Shown here in pieces: positions 17,297 to 27,178 of a stretch of 64,000 bases of DNA. The notes beneath the pieces were generated by a model. That model was not told the DNA's origin. It worked only from the letters and a program-made list of their open reading frames with translations, and ran no database searches. The translations under genes and the position numbers were made by a program. The stretch's first letter is position 1. The number at the start of each line of letters is the position of its first letter. Location of the stretch: assembly GCA_023251805.1 (NCBI GenBank), contig JAHEYB010000002.1, positions 35,038-99,037 of the forward strand, written 5' to 3'. The stretch comes from Bacteroidota bacterium. GTDB lineage: Bacteria > Bacteroidota > Bacteroidia > 2-12-FULL-35-15.

Positions 17297-17926
17297 TTAG
17301 TGGCTTTGTCTGTTTTTTCTTTCTCTTAGGAATGTTGTAAGAACAGGGATTGTGGTGATTACAATTAAGCCAATAACAATGTAGCCGATATTTTCTTGCA
17401 CCCAAATGTATGTTCCCAAATAGTATCCAATGCTAGATAAAATTCCAATCCATGCAAATGCGCCAATAACATTGTACAACATAAATTTTTTGAAATCAAT
17501 TTTTACAACACCAGCTAAAATGGGCGCAAAGGTCCGGATAATAGGTAAGAATCGACCAATAATTATCGTTTTGCCTCCATTTTTATTATAGAATTCACGA
17601 GTAACTTCTAAATATTTTTTCTTAAAAATGAGTGAATCTTTTCGTTGAAAAAGTGGCGGTCCAACTTTATAACCAAACCAATAACCTGCCATGTTTCCTA
17701 GTATTGCTGCGGTGGACAAGCATAAGATGAGAACGAATAAATTGATGCCCAGCAGTTCGGGTTTTGAAACGCAGATCATTCCTGAAATAAAAATGAGTGA
17801 ATCACCCGGAAGAAAAAAACCGATGAGTAGACCCGTTTCAGCAAACACAACAAATAACAAAAGGGCTAACCCACCATATTGGATAATGGATTGCGGGTCG
17901 GTGAGTTGTTTTAGAAATTCTACCAT
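17297..17926 (-). CDS. dedA: DedA-family membrane protein (tandem paralogue)
   Basis: Motifs FLPGDSLIF and GRFLPIIRTFAPILAG. About 45% identical to the upstream copy. Confidence 0.8.
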   Translation of the reverse strand: MVEFLKQLTDPQSIIQYGGLALLLFVVFAETGLLIGFFLPGDSLIFISGMICVSKPELLGINLFVLILCLSTAAILGNMAGYWFGYKVGPPLFQRKDSLIFKKKYLEVTREFYNKNGGKTIIIGRFLPIIRTFAPILAGVVKIDFKKFMLYNVIGAFAWIGILSSIGYYLGTYIWVQENIGYIVIGLIVITTIPVLTTFLRERKNRQSH

Positions 17927-17947
17927 AATACGGATAACAAATCTATA

Positions 17948-17990
17948 CCCTTCGATGTGTCTGCTTCAACGCAGAATGCTCAGGGTGACG
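17948..17990. repeat. REP-like element (family A variant)
   Basis: CCCTTCGATGTGTCTGCTTCAACGCAGAATGCTCAGGGTGACG. Confidence 0.55.
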
Positions 17991-18014
17991 CATGAATATG
18001 TTCATCGTAAATAA

Positions 18015-19256
18015 CTAATCCAGTTTTACTTTATCAGAATTATCAAGAGGGACGTTGAGTTCTCCTTCCCATTTGCTGATAACGGCTGTGGCGACAGCGT
18101 TTCCAACAACGTTGGTTGCAGAGCGACCCATGTCTAAAATCTGATCGATGCCAAGTAGTAATAATAATCCGGCAACGGGAATATTAAAATGCGCCAACAT
18201 TCCTGCTATTACAACGAGCGATGCACGCGGGATTCCAGCCATTCCTTTACTTGTAACTAATAAAATTAAAAGCATAGTGACTTGTTGTCCAACCGTCATT
18301 TCAATTCCATATGCTTGTGCAATAAATACTGTTGCAAAGGTCATATACATCATGGAACCATCGAGATTAAAAGAATATCCGAGTGGTAAAACAAAACTTA
18401 CAATTCGGTTTCCGCAACCAAAACGTTCGAGTGATTCGATTGTTTTTGGCATTGCTGCTTCGGAACTCGCTGTGCTAAATGCTAGTAAAATAGGCTCTTT
18501 AATATAGTTCAACAATTTGAAAAAATTAATTTTCATGAAGAAGCAAATCAAAAATAGGACTCCGAAAACAAATAAAATCAAGCCGAGGTAGAAGGTTCCG
18601 ATCAAATACACATAGCCTGCAAGCACGCCCAATCCTTGCTTTGCGACCACCGCTGCCAAAGCACCAAACACTCCGAATGGAGCAAAGGCCATGACATAAT
18701 TGGTGACTTTAAACATGATGTGAGAAACCGAATCAAAAAAGTCGACTACTACTTTACCTTTGTTTCCGATAGATGCCGCGGCAACACCAAAAAACAAAGC
18801 AAAAATAACGATGGGTAAAATTTCATTTTTCGCCATCACATCTACAATACTTTCTGGGATAACGTGATTGATGAAATTTTTTGTGTCGAATTCTTTCGCG
18901 GCTTGAACGCCAACTTCAGCATTTTCTGGTGGTAAAGGCAAATGCATTCTTTTGCCCGGTGAAGTGAAATTAACCAACATTAATCCCAGTAAAAGAGAAA
19001 TGATAGCAGCGGTAGTAAAATATAAAAGTGTTTTTATTCCTATTCTACCAACCGATTTAAAATCGCCTACTTTGGCAACGCCTACTACCAATACAGAGAA
19101 TACCAATGGAGCGATAATCATTTTTATGAAGCGCATGAAAATATCGCTAAGGATGTGCAGGCTTGGTGCAAAATCTTTCCAGAAATATCCAACGATGATT
19201 CCCAGGAGCATTCCTGCAAATATTTGAATGATTAAGGAGGGCTTTTTTAGTTTCAT
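18015..19256 (-). CDS. dicarboxylate/amino acid:cation (Na+/H+) symporter, DAACS family (GltP/DctA-like)
   Basis: 413 aa with about 8 TM helices plus re-entrant loops. Contains the SSEAAMP-like motif (AFSTASSEAAMPKT) and the NxDG region (SFNLDGS) characteristic of DAACS transporters. Confidence 0.85.
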   Translation of the reverse strand: MKLKKPSLIIQIFAGMLLGIIVGYFWKDFAPSLHILSDIFMRFIKMIIAPLVFSVLVVGVAKVGDFKSVGRIGIKTLLYFTTAAIISLLLGLMLVNFTSPGKRMHLPLPPENAEVGVQAAKEFDTKNFINHVIPESIVDVMAKNEILPIVIFALFFGVAAASIGNKGKVVVDFFDSVSHIMFKVTNYVMAFAPFGVFGALAAVVAKQGLGVLAGYVYLIGTFYLGLILFVFGVLFLICFFMKINFFKLLNYIKEPILLAFSTASSEAAMPKTIESLERFGCGNRIVSFVLPLGYSFNLDGSMMYMTFATVFIAQAYGIEMTVGQQVTMLLILLVTSKGMAGIPRASLVVIAGMLAHFNIPVAGLLLLLGIDQILDMGRSATNVVGNAVATAVISKWEGELNVPLDNSDKVKLD

Positions 19257-19344
19257 AATTAACTTTCGTGTTTAACCGCAGAGGCCGCAGAGATTTTTCG
19301 CTGAGGTCGCGGAGAAATTTATTGAAACAAATATACACTTTGTA

Positions 19345-19380
19345 AAATAAAAAAGCCTCTCTTAACAGAGAGGCTTTTAG
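19345..19380 (-). terminator. rho-independent terminator ending the nuo operon
   Basis: AAGCCTCTCT-taac-AGAGAGGCTT followed by a T-run on the minus strand, 20 bp past the nuoN stop. Confidence 0.6.
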
Positions 19381-19397
19381 AATATATCAATTAAAAA

Positions 19398-20768
19398 TTA
19401 TAACAACTTTATCACACAATCAGGGAACAAGCCCATAACAACGATAAGGATGGCAACGAATACCAATAATAATTTGTGATTGCTTTCTACTTCAACCACT
19501 TCAGAAGTTGCGCTTTCTTTGAAATACATTGCTATAATGATTCGGAAATAATAATACACTCCGATTAATGATGCGATGATAGCAATTAAAACCAAGCCAA
19601 CATTTCCTGCAACAAATGCGGAAGTTAAAATGTAATACTTGGCGAAGAATCCTGCTGTTGGGGGAATACCAGCCAATGATAATAATGCAATGGTCATAAC
19701 AATAGCAAGCATTGGATTTGTTTTACCTAAGCCATTGAATGAATCAATTCCATCTCCATTTTTTGCGCTTGCAATAATATTCACGATGCAAAATGTTGCG
19801 ATTGATCCGATAGAGTATGCTGCAGCATAAAATAAAATTGCGCTGTTCGAATAACTGTTTCCAGCTAACAAAGCTAGCAGCATATATCCTGCATGAGCAA
19901 CGCTTGAATAAGCCAACATACGTTTTGTGCTTGTTTGAAAAACAGCAGTGATGTTTCCAACCAACAATGTAAGTGCAGCCATAACCCAAACAATATTTGT
20001 CCACGTGTCGTGCGCACCCATAAATGCAGTTGAGAACAATCTCAAGAACGCAGCGAAAGCGGCAGTCTTCACGATGGTTGCCATAAACGCAGTAACAACA
20101 GTTGGAGCACCTTGATAAACATCCGGAGCCCAGAAGTGAAATGGAGCCGCAGAAACTTTAAATGCCATTCCGATTAACATCAACAGTACACCTACATAAA
20201 AAATGGAAGACAATGTGCCTGAAGAAACTGCATTTGCAATTTCCGAAAGATCGAATGAGCCTGTAGCTCCATAGATAAGGGCTATTCCGAACAACAAAAA
20301 TCCGGTTGCAAAAGCTCCCATAATTAAATATTTAAAAGCAGATTCGTTGGAAGAGATATCTGTTTTATTGCTGCCAGCAAGAATATACATTGGAATAGAA
20401 AGAATTTCAATTCCTAAAAACAACATTGCCATGTTGTTGTAAGAAACCATCATTACGGCTCCTACCAAAGAAAACAACACTAATGCAAAATGATCGGTTT
20501 GATTTGATTCTTCTTTGAAAAATCCTTCCGCCATCAAGAACCAAAGAAATGCAACAACAATGATGAGTCCAGTAAATGCAACCGCATAATTATCGAATTG
20601 CATCATTTTGTAATAGATGTTATTCGTTGCGTCCCAATCAAAAACGTTCAGTACGAATGCGGTAATTAAACCAAGCAATACGATTGGATACAATAATTTT
20701 TTTACGCTGAAAATTTCAGCTAACAATGCAATTACACCTAATGAAGAAAGTAGTATTAATGCTTTCAT
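19398..20768 (-). CDS. nuoN: NADH-quinone oxidoreductase subunit N
   Basis: 456-aa polytopic antiporter-like subunit at the last position of the nuo operon. Confidence 0.85.
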   Translation of the reverse strand: MKALILLSSLGVIALLAEIFSVKKLLYPIVLLGLITAFVLNVFDWDATNNIYYKMMQFDNYAVAFTGLIIVVAFLWFLMAEGFFKEESNQTDHFALVLFSLVGAVMMVSYNNMAMLFLGIEILSIPMYILAGSNKTDISSNESAFKYLIMGAFATGFLLFGIALIYGATGSFDLSEIANAVSSGTLSSIFYVGVLLMLIGMAFKVSAAPFHFWAPDVYQGAPTVVTAFMATIVKTAAFAAFLRLFSTAFMGAHDTWTNIVWVMAALTLLVGNITAVFQTSTKRMLAYSSVAHAGYMLLALLAGNSYSNSAILFYAAAYSIGSIATFCIVNIIASAKNGDGIDSFNGLGKTNPMLAIVMTIALLSLAGIPPTAGFFAKYYILTSAFVAGNVGLVLIAIIASLIGVYYYFRIIIAMYFKESATSEVVEVESNHKLLLVFVAILIVVMGLFPDCVIKLL

Positions 20769-20797
20769 ATATTATTCCTAAGAATTACTAATTAAAC

Positions 20798-20822
20798 GCC
20801 CTTCGACTTCGCTCAGGGTGAC
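20798..20822. repeat. REP-like half element (CCCTTCGACTTCGCTCAGGGTGACG)
   Basis: Family-A core lying in the nuoM-nuoN spacer. Confidence 0.5.
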
Positions 20823-20839
20823 GTAACGTATTTTTAAAT

Positions 20840-22309
20840 TTATCTACCTAATGCAACTCTAAGTCCTGCAACCAATTGATCTACAGATGGAGCAACAATG
20901 TCTGTTAATGGTTTTGGAAACACTCCAAATGCGATAATTGCAGCACACACAATTATCAATACGGCCTTTTCGCTTGTTTCTAATGGTGCGAAAGAGGCTG
21001 TGATGCTATTTGTTTCTCCCAACATAATGGATTGATAACTGCGCAACATATACACAGCACCTAAAATCACCGAAAGACCAGCAAATGCTGCCATTCCTGC
21101 GCTGAACTGATACACACCATTTAACAATAAAAATTCTCCAACAAATCCGTTTGTTAATGGAAGCGCGACACTGCCTAGTAATATAATTAAAAACAGAACT
21201 GCAAATTGTGGATTCACATTTCTGATTCCACCTAGTGATTCTATTTCTCTTGTGTTTGTTCTTCTTTGGATGATGTCAACTATGAAGAATAATCCAACTA
21301 CGTTTACACCGTGACTTAACATTTGTATCATTGCGCCTTGCACACCTTGTGTGTTCATGGATAAAATTCCTGCTGCGATTAATCCAACGTGAGCGATGGA
21401 TGAGTATGCGATTAAACGTTTGAAATCTTTTTGTGCGATAGCGATACAGGATGCATATACAATCCCGAAAACTGCTAATCCGATTGCTACTCTTCCGTAA
21501 TGCTCAACACCTAATGGTGCCAATGGCAACAACCAACGAATCACTCCGAAGGTTCCCATTTTTAGCATGATTCCGGAGAGCATCATTGTTCCTTGCGTAG
21601 GAGCAGTTGTATAAGTATCCGGTTGCCAAGTGTGGAAAGGGAAGATTGGCATTTTTACAGCAAATGCAATGAACATTGCCCAGAACACATATCCTTGATG
21701 AGTAACATCCATTTTTTGTCCGGCTGCATACAATGCTGCGATATCAAAACTATGTTCTCCACCTGGGGTGTGCAAGTACAAATAGATTAATCCTCCTAGC
21801 ATGAATAAACTTCCTGCAAGTGTGTACACAAAAAACTTGAATGTGATTCTGGCTCTGTCAGCTCCGCCCCACAATAAACAAATGAAGTAAATTGGAATAA
21901 GTGCTAATTCCCAAAACACATAAAATAAGAATCCATCTAATGAAACAAACACACCAACCAATGCCATTTGCATAATAAGAATCAATGCATAAAATGCAGA
22001 CGGGTTTTTGTAATCGTTTTTAAAAGAAGTAAGAATAATAAGAGGAACTAAAAAAGTAGTAAGTAAAACCAGCAACATAGAAATTCCATCGATACCCACA
22101 TGAAAATGAATTCCTAGTGATTGAATCCAATTGCAATTCCATTCGAATTGAGTTGTTGCATCGCGATGAAATTTAATTAACGCAAAACCAGCAATTGTCA
22201 ATTCTAAAATTGATGAACCCAATGCAATGTTTTTTACCTGCGGTCCTTTTACAAACAACAGGAGTAAACCTGCCACTAAGGGAAAAAATATTAATAATAC
22301 TGTAATCAT
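20840..22309 (-). CDS. nuoM: NADH-quinone oxidoreductase subunit M
   Basis: 489-aa antiporter-like subunit with typical conserved helices. Confidence 0.85.
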   Translation of the reverse strand: MITVLLIFFPLVAGLLLLFVKGPQVKNIALGSSILELTIAGFALIKFHRDATTQFEWNCNWIQSLGIHFHVGIDGISMLLVLLTTFLVPLIILTSFKNDYKNPSAFYALILIMQMALVGVFVSLDGFLFYVFWELALIPIYFICLLWGGADRARITFKFFVYTLAGSLFMLGGLIYLYLHTPGGEHSFDIAALYAAGQKMDVTHQGYVFWAMFIAFAVKMPIFPFHTWQPDTYTTAPTQGTMMLSGIMLKMGTFGVIRWLLPLAPLGVEHYGRVAIGLAVFGIVYASCIAIAQKDFKRLIAYSSIAHVGLIAAGILSMNTQGVQGAMIQMLSHGVNVVGLFFIVDIIQRRTNTREIESLGGIRNVNPQFAVLFLIILLGSVALPLTNGFVGEFLLLNGVYQFSAGMAAFAGLSVILGAVYMLRSYQSIMLGETNSITASFAPLETSEKAVLIIVCAAIIAFGVFPKPLTDIVAPSVDQLVAGLRVALGR

Positions 22310-22354
22310 ATGTTTATAAAATTCTATTTTCTAATTTGCTTCCGTTTTCTACAC

Positions 22355-22480
22355 ACCCCTAACCCCTCTCAAGAGGGGAATAATCATGTGCTCCATTTTT
22401 ACATTTTCAAAAAAACGATTCGTAAATTCGTTTTTGTAATTAGCATTCATTAATCCCCCTGGCCCCCTTTACAAAGGGGG
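22355..22480. repeat. pair of C-run/G-run hairpins in the nuoL-nuoM spacer
   Basis: CCCCTCT-ca-AGAGGGG (about 22363-22378) and CCCCCTTT-ac-AAAGGGGG (about 22463-22480, immediately after the nuoL stop). A third related copy is at 30575-30601. Confidence 0.5.
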
Positions 22481-22482
22481 AA

Positions 22483-24381
22483 TTAAAACAACTGTGTAAA
22501 CAAAATCAGCACGATGCTAATTACCATTACAAAAATATAGAAGCCGATGTTTCCTGTTTGCGCGAATCGTATTGTTCCACTCATCCAGTTAACTGCGGTT
22601 CCTACACCATTTACAAGTCCGTCTACAATTTGATTGTCCACCATTCTATGAAATGCATCCGCAATAAAATTCAATGGTTTGGTAATCAGTTTTTCATAAA
22701 TTTCATCTACCCAATACTTGTTGTAAATTAATTTGTGAGCAGGTTTTAAGTCCTCCCCTTCAGCATCTGGCAGGGTCGCTTTTTTAACATATGTTGTGTA
22801 TGCATAATAGATAGAACCAATCATCACAACCGTTGCAACGCCCATTAAGATGTATTCAGTTTCGTGAGACAAGTGGTGAACTAAACGGAAAGAAGAAGCT
22901 TCAAACACTGGGCTTAAAAATTCTTCTAAGAAATGAGTGCCACCTAATACTGCAGGAATACCAACCAATCCACCAACAACAGAAAGTACTGCCAATATCA
23001 TCAACGGAATGGTCATTGATTTTGGTGATTCGTGTAAGTGATGTTCTTGTTCGTGTGTTCCTCTGAATTTATTTTTGAAGGTTAAGAAATACAAACGGAA
23101 CATGTAGAAGGTTGTCATAGCTGCACCTAAAACGCCTAAGAACCATAATAATTTATTGTGTTCGAATGCATGTGCTAAAATTTCATCTTTAGAGAAAAAT
23201 CCTGATAAAGGGAAACAGCCTGCTATGGCAAGTGTTCCGATTAAGAATGTGATGTGTGTAACAGGAATGTATTTTCCTAAGCCGCCCATTTTACGAATGT
23301 CTTGTTCGCCACTCATTGCGTGAATCACACTTCCTGCACCAAGGAATAATAACGCTTTGAAGAATGCGTGTGTCATTACGTGAAACACCGCTCCGGTATA
23401 AGCACCTACTCCAAGAGCGAGGAACATATATCCCAACTGTGAAACGGTAGAATATGCTAATACTTTTTTAATATCGTTTTGTGCTAAGCCGATTGTTGCA
23501 GCAAACAAAGCGGTGCAAATACCGATGATTGCAACAACGCTCATTGCAGTTGGAGAAAGTGTATATAAAATGTTTGAGCGAGCAATCATGTAAATACCTG
23601 CTGTTACCATGGTAGCTGCGTGGATCAATGCGGAGACAGGAGTTGGTCCGGCCATCGCATCGGGCAACCACGTATACAAAGGAAGCTGAGCGCTTTTTCC
23701 CATTGCACCGATAAACAACAACAATGTAATTGCAGTAATTGTGGGATTTCCAGAAGCCATATTTTTTGCTTGTTCGAATACATCGTTGTAGCCGATGCTA
23801 CCAAACGTTACAAAAATTAAAATGATTCCTAATAAAAATCCTAAGTCGCCCACACGATTCATAACGAATGCTTTTTTCGCAGCGTTGTTGTAAGCTGTAT
23901 TCTTGAACCAGAAACCGATTAACAAATAGGAGCAGAGTCCAACACCCTCCCAACCAACAAACATAATGAGGTAGTTAGAGCCCATCACTAATAATAACAT
24001 AAAGAAAATAAACAAGTTTAAGTATGCGAAGAAGCGAGAGAATCCTTCATCGTGACTCATATAACCTGTAGAATACAAATGAATTAAAAATCCAATTCCG
24101 GTGATGATTAATAAAAATAAAGAAGAAAGTGGATCAATTAAAAAAGAAAAAGGAATAGAAAGTTTTCCGGCAGAAATCCAGTTGAATAATTCGATGGTGT
24201 ATTCTTTTTGAACTCCACCCTTCAATTCAAAAAATATTCCAAGAGAAATAATGAATGATCCTAAGATAACACCACTTCCAATTGTGCCGACAATTCCTTT
24301 CGATAATTTTTTTCCGAATAGTCCAATGATAATAAATCCTATCAGGGGAAGAAGCGGAATAAGCCAAACTAATTTTATCAT
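22483..24381 (-). CDS. nuoL: NADH-quinone oxidoreductase subunit L
   Basis: 632 aa, antiporter-like, with the long C-terminal extension. Confidence 0.85.
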   Translation of the reverse strand: MIKLVWLIPLLPLIGFIIIGLFGKKLSKGIVGTIGSGVILGSFIISLGIFFELKGGVQKEYTIELFNWISAGKLSIPFSFLIDPLSSLFLLIITGIGFLIHLYSTGYMSHDEGFSRFFAYLNLFIFFMLLLVMGSNYLIMFVGWEGVGLCSYLLIGFWFKNTAYNNAAKKAFVMNRVGDLGFLLGIILIFVTFGSIGYNDVFEQAKNMASGNPTITAITLLLFIGAMGKSAQLPLYTWLPDAMAGPTPVSALIHAATMVTAGIYMIARSNILYTLSPTAMSVVAIIGICTALFAATIGLAQNDIKKVLAYSTVSQLGYMFLALGVGAYTGAVFHVMTHAFFKALLFLGAGSVIHAMSGEQDIRKMGGLGKYIPVTHITFLIGTLAIAGCFPLSGFFSKDEILAHAFEHNKLLWFLGVLGAAMTTFYMFRLYFLTFKNKFRGTHEQEHHLHESPKSMTIPLMILAVLSVVGGLVGIPAVLGGTHFLEEFLSPVFEASSFRLVHHLSHETEYILMGVATVVMIGSIYYAYTTYVKKATLPDAEGEDLKPAHKLIYNKYWVDEIYEKLITKPLNFIADAFHRMVDNQIVDGLVNGVGTAVNWMSGTIRFAQTGNIGFYIFVMVISIVLILFTQLF

Positions 24382-24449
24382 ATTCTTTAATTTAAAATCA
24401 GAATTTTATTCTGATAGACTTTAAAAAGTCAGGATACAATCCTGACATA

Positions 24450-24767
24450 CTACCATTTTAATTTATTCAAAATATTAATGTCTGATGATTTTGTGTTTCT
24501 GTACACCATCATCAAAATTGCCAATCCAACTGCTACTTCTGCAGCAGCAACTGCCATAATAAAAAATACAAATACTTGTCCTTTGCTATCTGACAAATAG
24601 CTAGAGAATGCAACAAGTAACAAATTCACTGCGTTCAACATTAGCTCAACAGACATAAAGATGATGATTGCATTTCTTCTAAGCATAACACCAGCAACAC
24701 CAATTGTGAAGAGAACTGTGCTTAAAAGTAAATACCACTCAATCGGAATTATTTGTATTGCACTCAT
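24450..24767 (-). CDS. nuoK: NADH-quinone oxidoreductase subunit K
   Basis: 105 aa with 3 TM helices and typical nuoK length and position. Confidence 0.8.
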   Translation of the reverse strand: MSAIQIIPIEWYLLLSTVLFTIGVAGVMLRRNAIIIFMSVELMLNAVNLLLVAFSSYLSDSKGQVFVFFIMAVAAAEVAVGLAILMMVYRNTKSSDINILNKLKW

Positions 24768-24928
24768 TTTTTTAGATGTTAGATATTAGATGTTAGATAT
24801 TAGATTTGATACCGCTCACCTTCTACTTATTTTTATGTTATTTATAATTTCAATTAAACTAATTTATTGTTTCATCTGCACACTTGCCTTCGCGAAGCTT
24901 CAGCGAAGCACGGTCAGAAATCAGCACA

Positions 24929-25429
24929 TCATTTTATACTTTTCTTACCTAACATTACTGCACCAACCATTGCTGACAATAACAATACAGATGACAATTC
25001 GAATGGTAATAAAAAATCGTTGAACAATGTTTTTCCTAAATTTTCGATAAGTCCGATGTTCGGATTAAATGTATTTGTTGCTTGAATGGTAGAAGCACCT
25101 TTTAATGCGCCAACCAACACCAACAACAATAAACCAGAAGCAACAACTGCGGATGTTTTTAGCCAAACGCTTTTGTGTGGTTCAGTTTCTTTATTCAAAT
25201 TTAAAAGCATGATTAGGAAGAGGAACAAGACCATGATTGCGCCAGCATACACAATGATGTGAACAGCAGCAAGGAATTGAGCATTCAGCAATACATAGTG
25301 TCCCGCGATTGCGAAAAAAGTCATTACCAAATACAATACACTGTGTATTGGATTTTTGGTAGATACCACTCTAATTGCGAACATAATCGCAAGGAAAGTA
25401 AGTAGGTAAAACAAGTATGTTGTAATCAT
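24929..25429 (-). CDS. nuoJ: NADH-quinone oxidoreductase subunit J
   Basis: Start set at ATG 25429 (MITTYLFYLLTF...). The track's 5' extension to 25474 would read through the REP-like element. Confidence 0.8.
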   Translation of the reverse strand: MITTYLFYLLTFLAIMFAIRVVSTKNPIHSVLYLVMTFFAIAGHYVLLNAQFLAAVHIIVYAGAIMVLFLFLIMLLNLNKETEPHKSVWLKTSAVVASGLLLLVLVGALKGASTIQATNTFNPNIGLIENLGKTLFNDFLLPFELSSVLLLSAMVGAVMLGKKSIK

Positions 25430-25452
25430 AATATTGTTTTTCGTTTTTGGTT

Positions 25453-25495
25453 CCCTTCGATATGTCTGCTTCAACGCAGAATGCTCAGGGTGACA
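25453..25495. repeat. REP-like element (family A variant) in the nuoI-nuoJ spacer
   Basis: CCCTTCGATATGTCTGCTTCAACGCAGAATGCTCAGGGTGACA. Confidence 0.55.
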
Positions 25496-25510
25496 ATAGT
25501 TTTTAAAAAA

Positions 25511-26122
25511 TTAATGATGTCCAGCAACTTTTGCTTTTTTATTTTTATCAAATGTTTGATTGTGTGCGTAGTTTTTATCCAATTTAAATCCTTTCACATC
25601 AGGTGTTTGGCGTTTCGTTAAGTCAATTGGATTGTTTTTGTCTTCAACCAAAATACTTTTCCCGTAAATAAATTCTTTACGTGTATAGAAACTCTCTACT
25701 TTTCTGTCTGTTAGAAATATGGCTTCTTTCGGACAAGCTTCTTCACAATCTCCACAGAAGATACAGCGCAACATATTTATTTCATACGTTGCAGCATATT
25801 TTTCTTCTCGGTATAAATGTTCTTCTCCAGGTTTGCGTTCAGCAGATGTCATTGTAATTGCTTCAGCTGGACAAGCAACAGCACATAGTCCGCAAGCAGT
25901 ACAACGTTCTGCTCCTTTTTCATCACGTTTCAAAACATGTTGTCCTCGATAAATTCCGCTGAACTCACGTGTTTGCTCCGGATATTTTATGGTTGCTGAT
26001 TTTTTAAAAAGGTGAGTGAATGTAATCCACATCCCGCTAAAAATAGCTGGCAGATACATTTTCTCAATAAGCGTCATTTCTTTTTTTGAAACAACTTGGG
26101 ATCTGTTTGTTAGTGCTTGCAT
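25511..26122 (-). CDS. nuoI: NADH-quinone oxidoreductase subunit I (2x[4Fe-4S] ferredoxin)
   Basis: Two CxxCxxCxxxCP motifs (CTACGLCAVACP; CIFCGDCEEACP). Confidence 0.85.
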   Translation of the reverse strand: MQALTNRSQVVSKKEMTLIEKMYLPAIFSGMWITFTHLFKKSATIKYPEQTREFSGIYRGQHVLKRDEKGAERCTACGLCAVACPAEAITMTSAERKPGEEHLYREEKYAATYEINMLRCIFCGDCEEACPKEAIFLTDRKVESFYTRKEFIYGKSILVEDKNNPIDLTKRQTPDVKGFKLDKNYAHNQTFDKNKKAKVAGHH

Positions 26123-26128
26123 TTTATT

Positions 26129-27175
26129 TTATTTAGCAAAATATGCCATTATCTCATGGCGCATCATCCATGAGCCTGTTAATACTAAGTTCAATATCGA
26201 CAATGGAATTAATATTTTCCAGCCGAGGTTCATCAATTGATCGTAACGGAAACGTGGCAATGTCCAACGAACCCACATGAAGAAAAAGATGAATCCAACA
26301 ATTTTCATGAATAAGAATACAAAACCTAAAATTGCCAACCAGTTTGGATCGTGCACCCAGCGACCGATTAAGGGCATGTTATATCCACCAAAATAGAATG
26401 TAGATATTACAGCAGAAGAAACAAACATGTTAATGTATTCAGCAAACAAGAACAGTCCTAATTTCATAGAGCTGTACTCGGTGTGATATCCACCAACTAA
26501 TTCTGTTTCACATTCAGGTAAATCGAATGGTGCGCGATTTGTTTCAGCAAAGGCACAAATCACAAATATTAAACAACCTAATGGTTGAACTAAAACGTTC
26601 CAGTGCCAACCGTGTTGTTGTTCAGCAATTTCGCCAGTGCTTAGTGTTCCAGTTACCATTACTAATGCGATGATTGAAATTCCCATCGCTACTTCATAAC
26701 TAATCATTTGTGACGAAGCGCGAATCGCGCCCAACAAAGAATATTTATTGTTAGACGCCCAACCACCAATCATGATTCCATAAACACCAATAGATAATAC
26801 ACCAAATAAATACAGAATTCCGATGTTCACATCAGCAATTTGCATTGGATAATCTGTTCCGCCAATGTTGATTGATTTTCCCCAAGGAATAATTACACCT
26901 GTCATACAAGCAGTAAGCATACACAATCCTGGTCCGATAATAAAAAGTGCTTTATTCGAAACACTTGGAATCATCTCTTCTTTCATGAACATTTTTACTG
27001 CATCGGCCAGTGGTTGTAAAATTCCGAATGGCCCTGCTCTATCAGGACCAATACGGTCTTGAAGAAATGCGGCAATTTTTCTTTCGGCATAGGTGCTGTA
27101 TGTTGCCACCAAAAGTGTGATTGAAAAAACAATCAATACTAAAATGGCTTTATATATTAGAAATTCTAATCCCAT
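26129..27175 (-). CDS. nuoH: NADH-quinone oxidoreductase subunit H
   Basis: 348-aa polytopic protein with conserved NuoH/ND1 sequence. Confidence 0.85.
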   Translation of the reverse strand: MGLEFLIYKAILVLIVFSITLLVATYSTYAERKIAAFLQDRIGPDRAGPFGILQPLADAVKMFMKEEMIPSVSNKALFIIGPGLCMLTACMTGVIIPWGKSINIGGTDYPMQIADVNIGILYLFGVLSIGVYGIMIGGWASNNKYSLLGAIRASSQMISYEVAMGISIIALVMVTGTLSTGEIAEQQHGWHWNVLVQPLGCLIFVICAFAETNRAPFDLPECETELVGGYHTEYSSMKLGLFLFAEYINMFVSSAVISTFYFGGYNMPLIGRWVHDPNWLAILGFVFLFMKIVGFIFFFMWVRWTLPRFRYDQLMNLGWKILIPLSILNLVLTGSWMMRHEIMAYFAK

Positions 27176-27178
27176 ATC

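Noticed and set aside
16785-17300. + strand 171-aa ORF overlapping dedA and the repeat-bearing spacer
   Set aside because: Antisense to a well-supported DedA gene. It reads through the tandem GC hairpin repeats and is Lys/Arg-rich low complexity.
24775-24811. Short tandem repeat (GATGTTAGATATTA)x2.3 as a possible CRISPR fragment
   Set aside because: Only about 2 direct copies with no spacers, no cas genes, and located inside the nuo operon spacer. Interpreted as simple slippage repeat.
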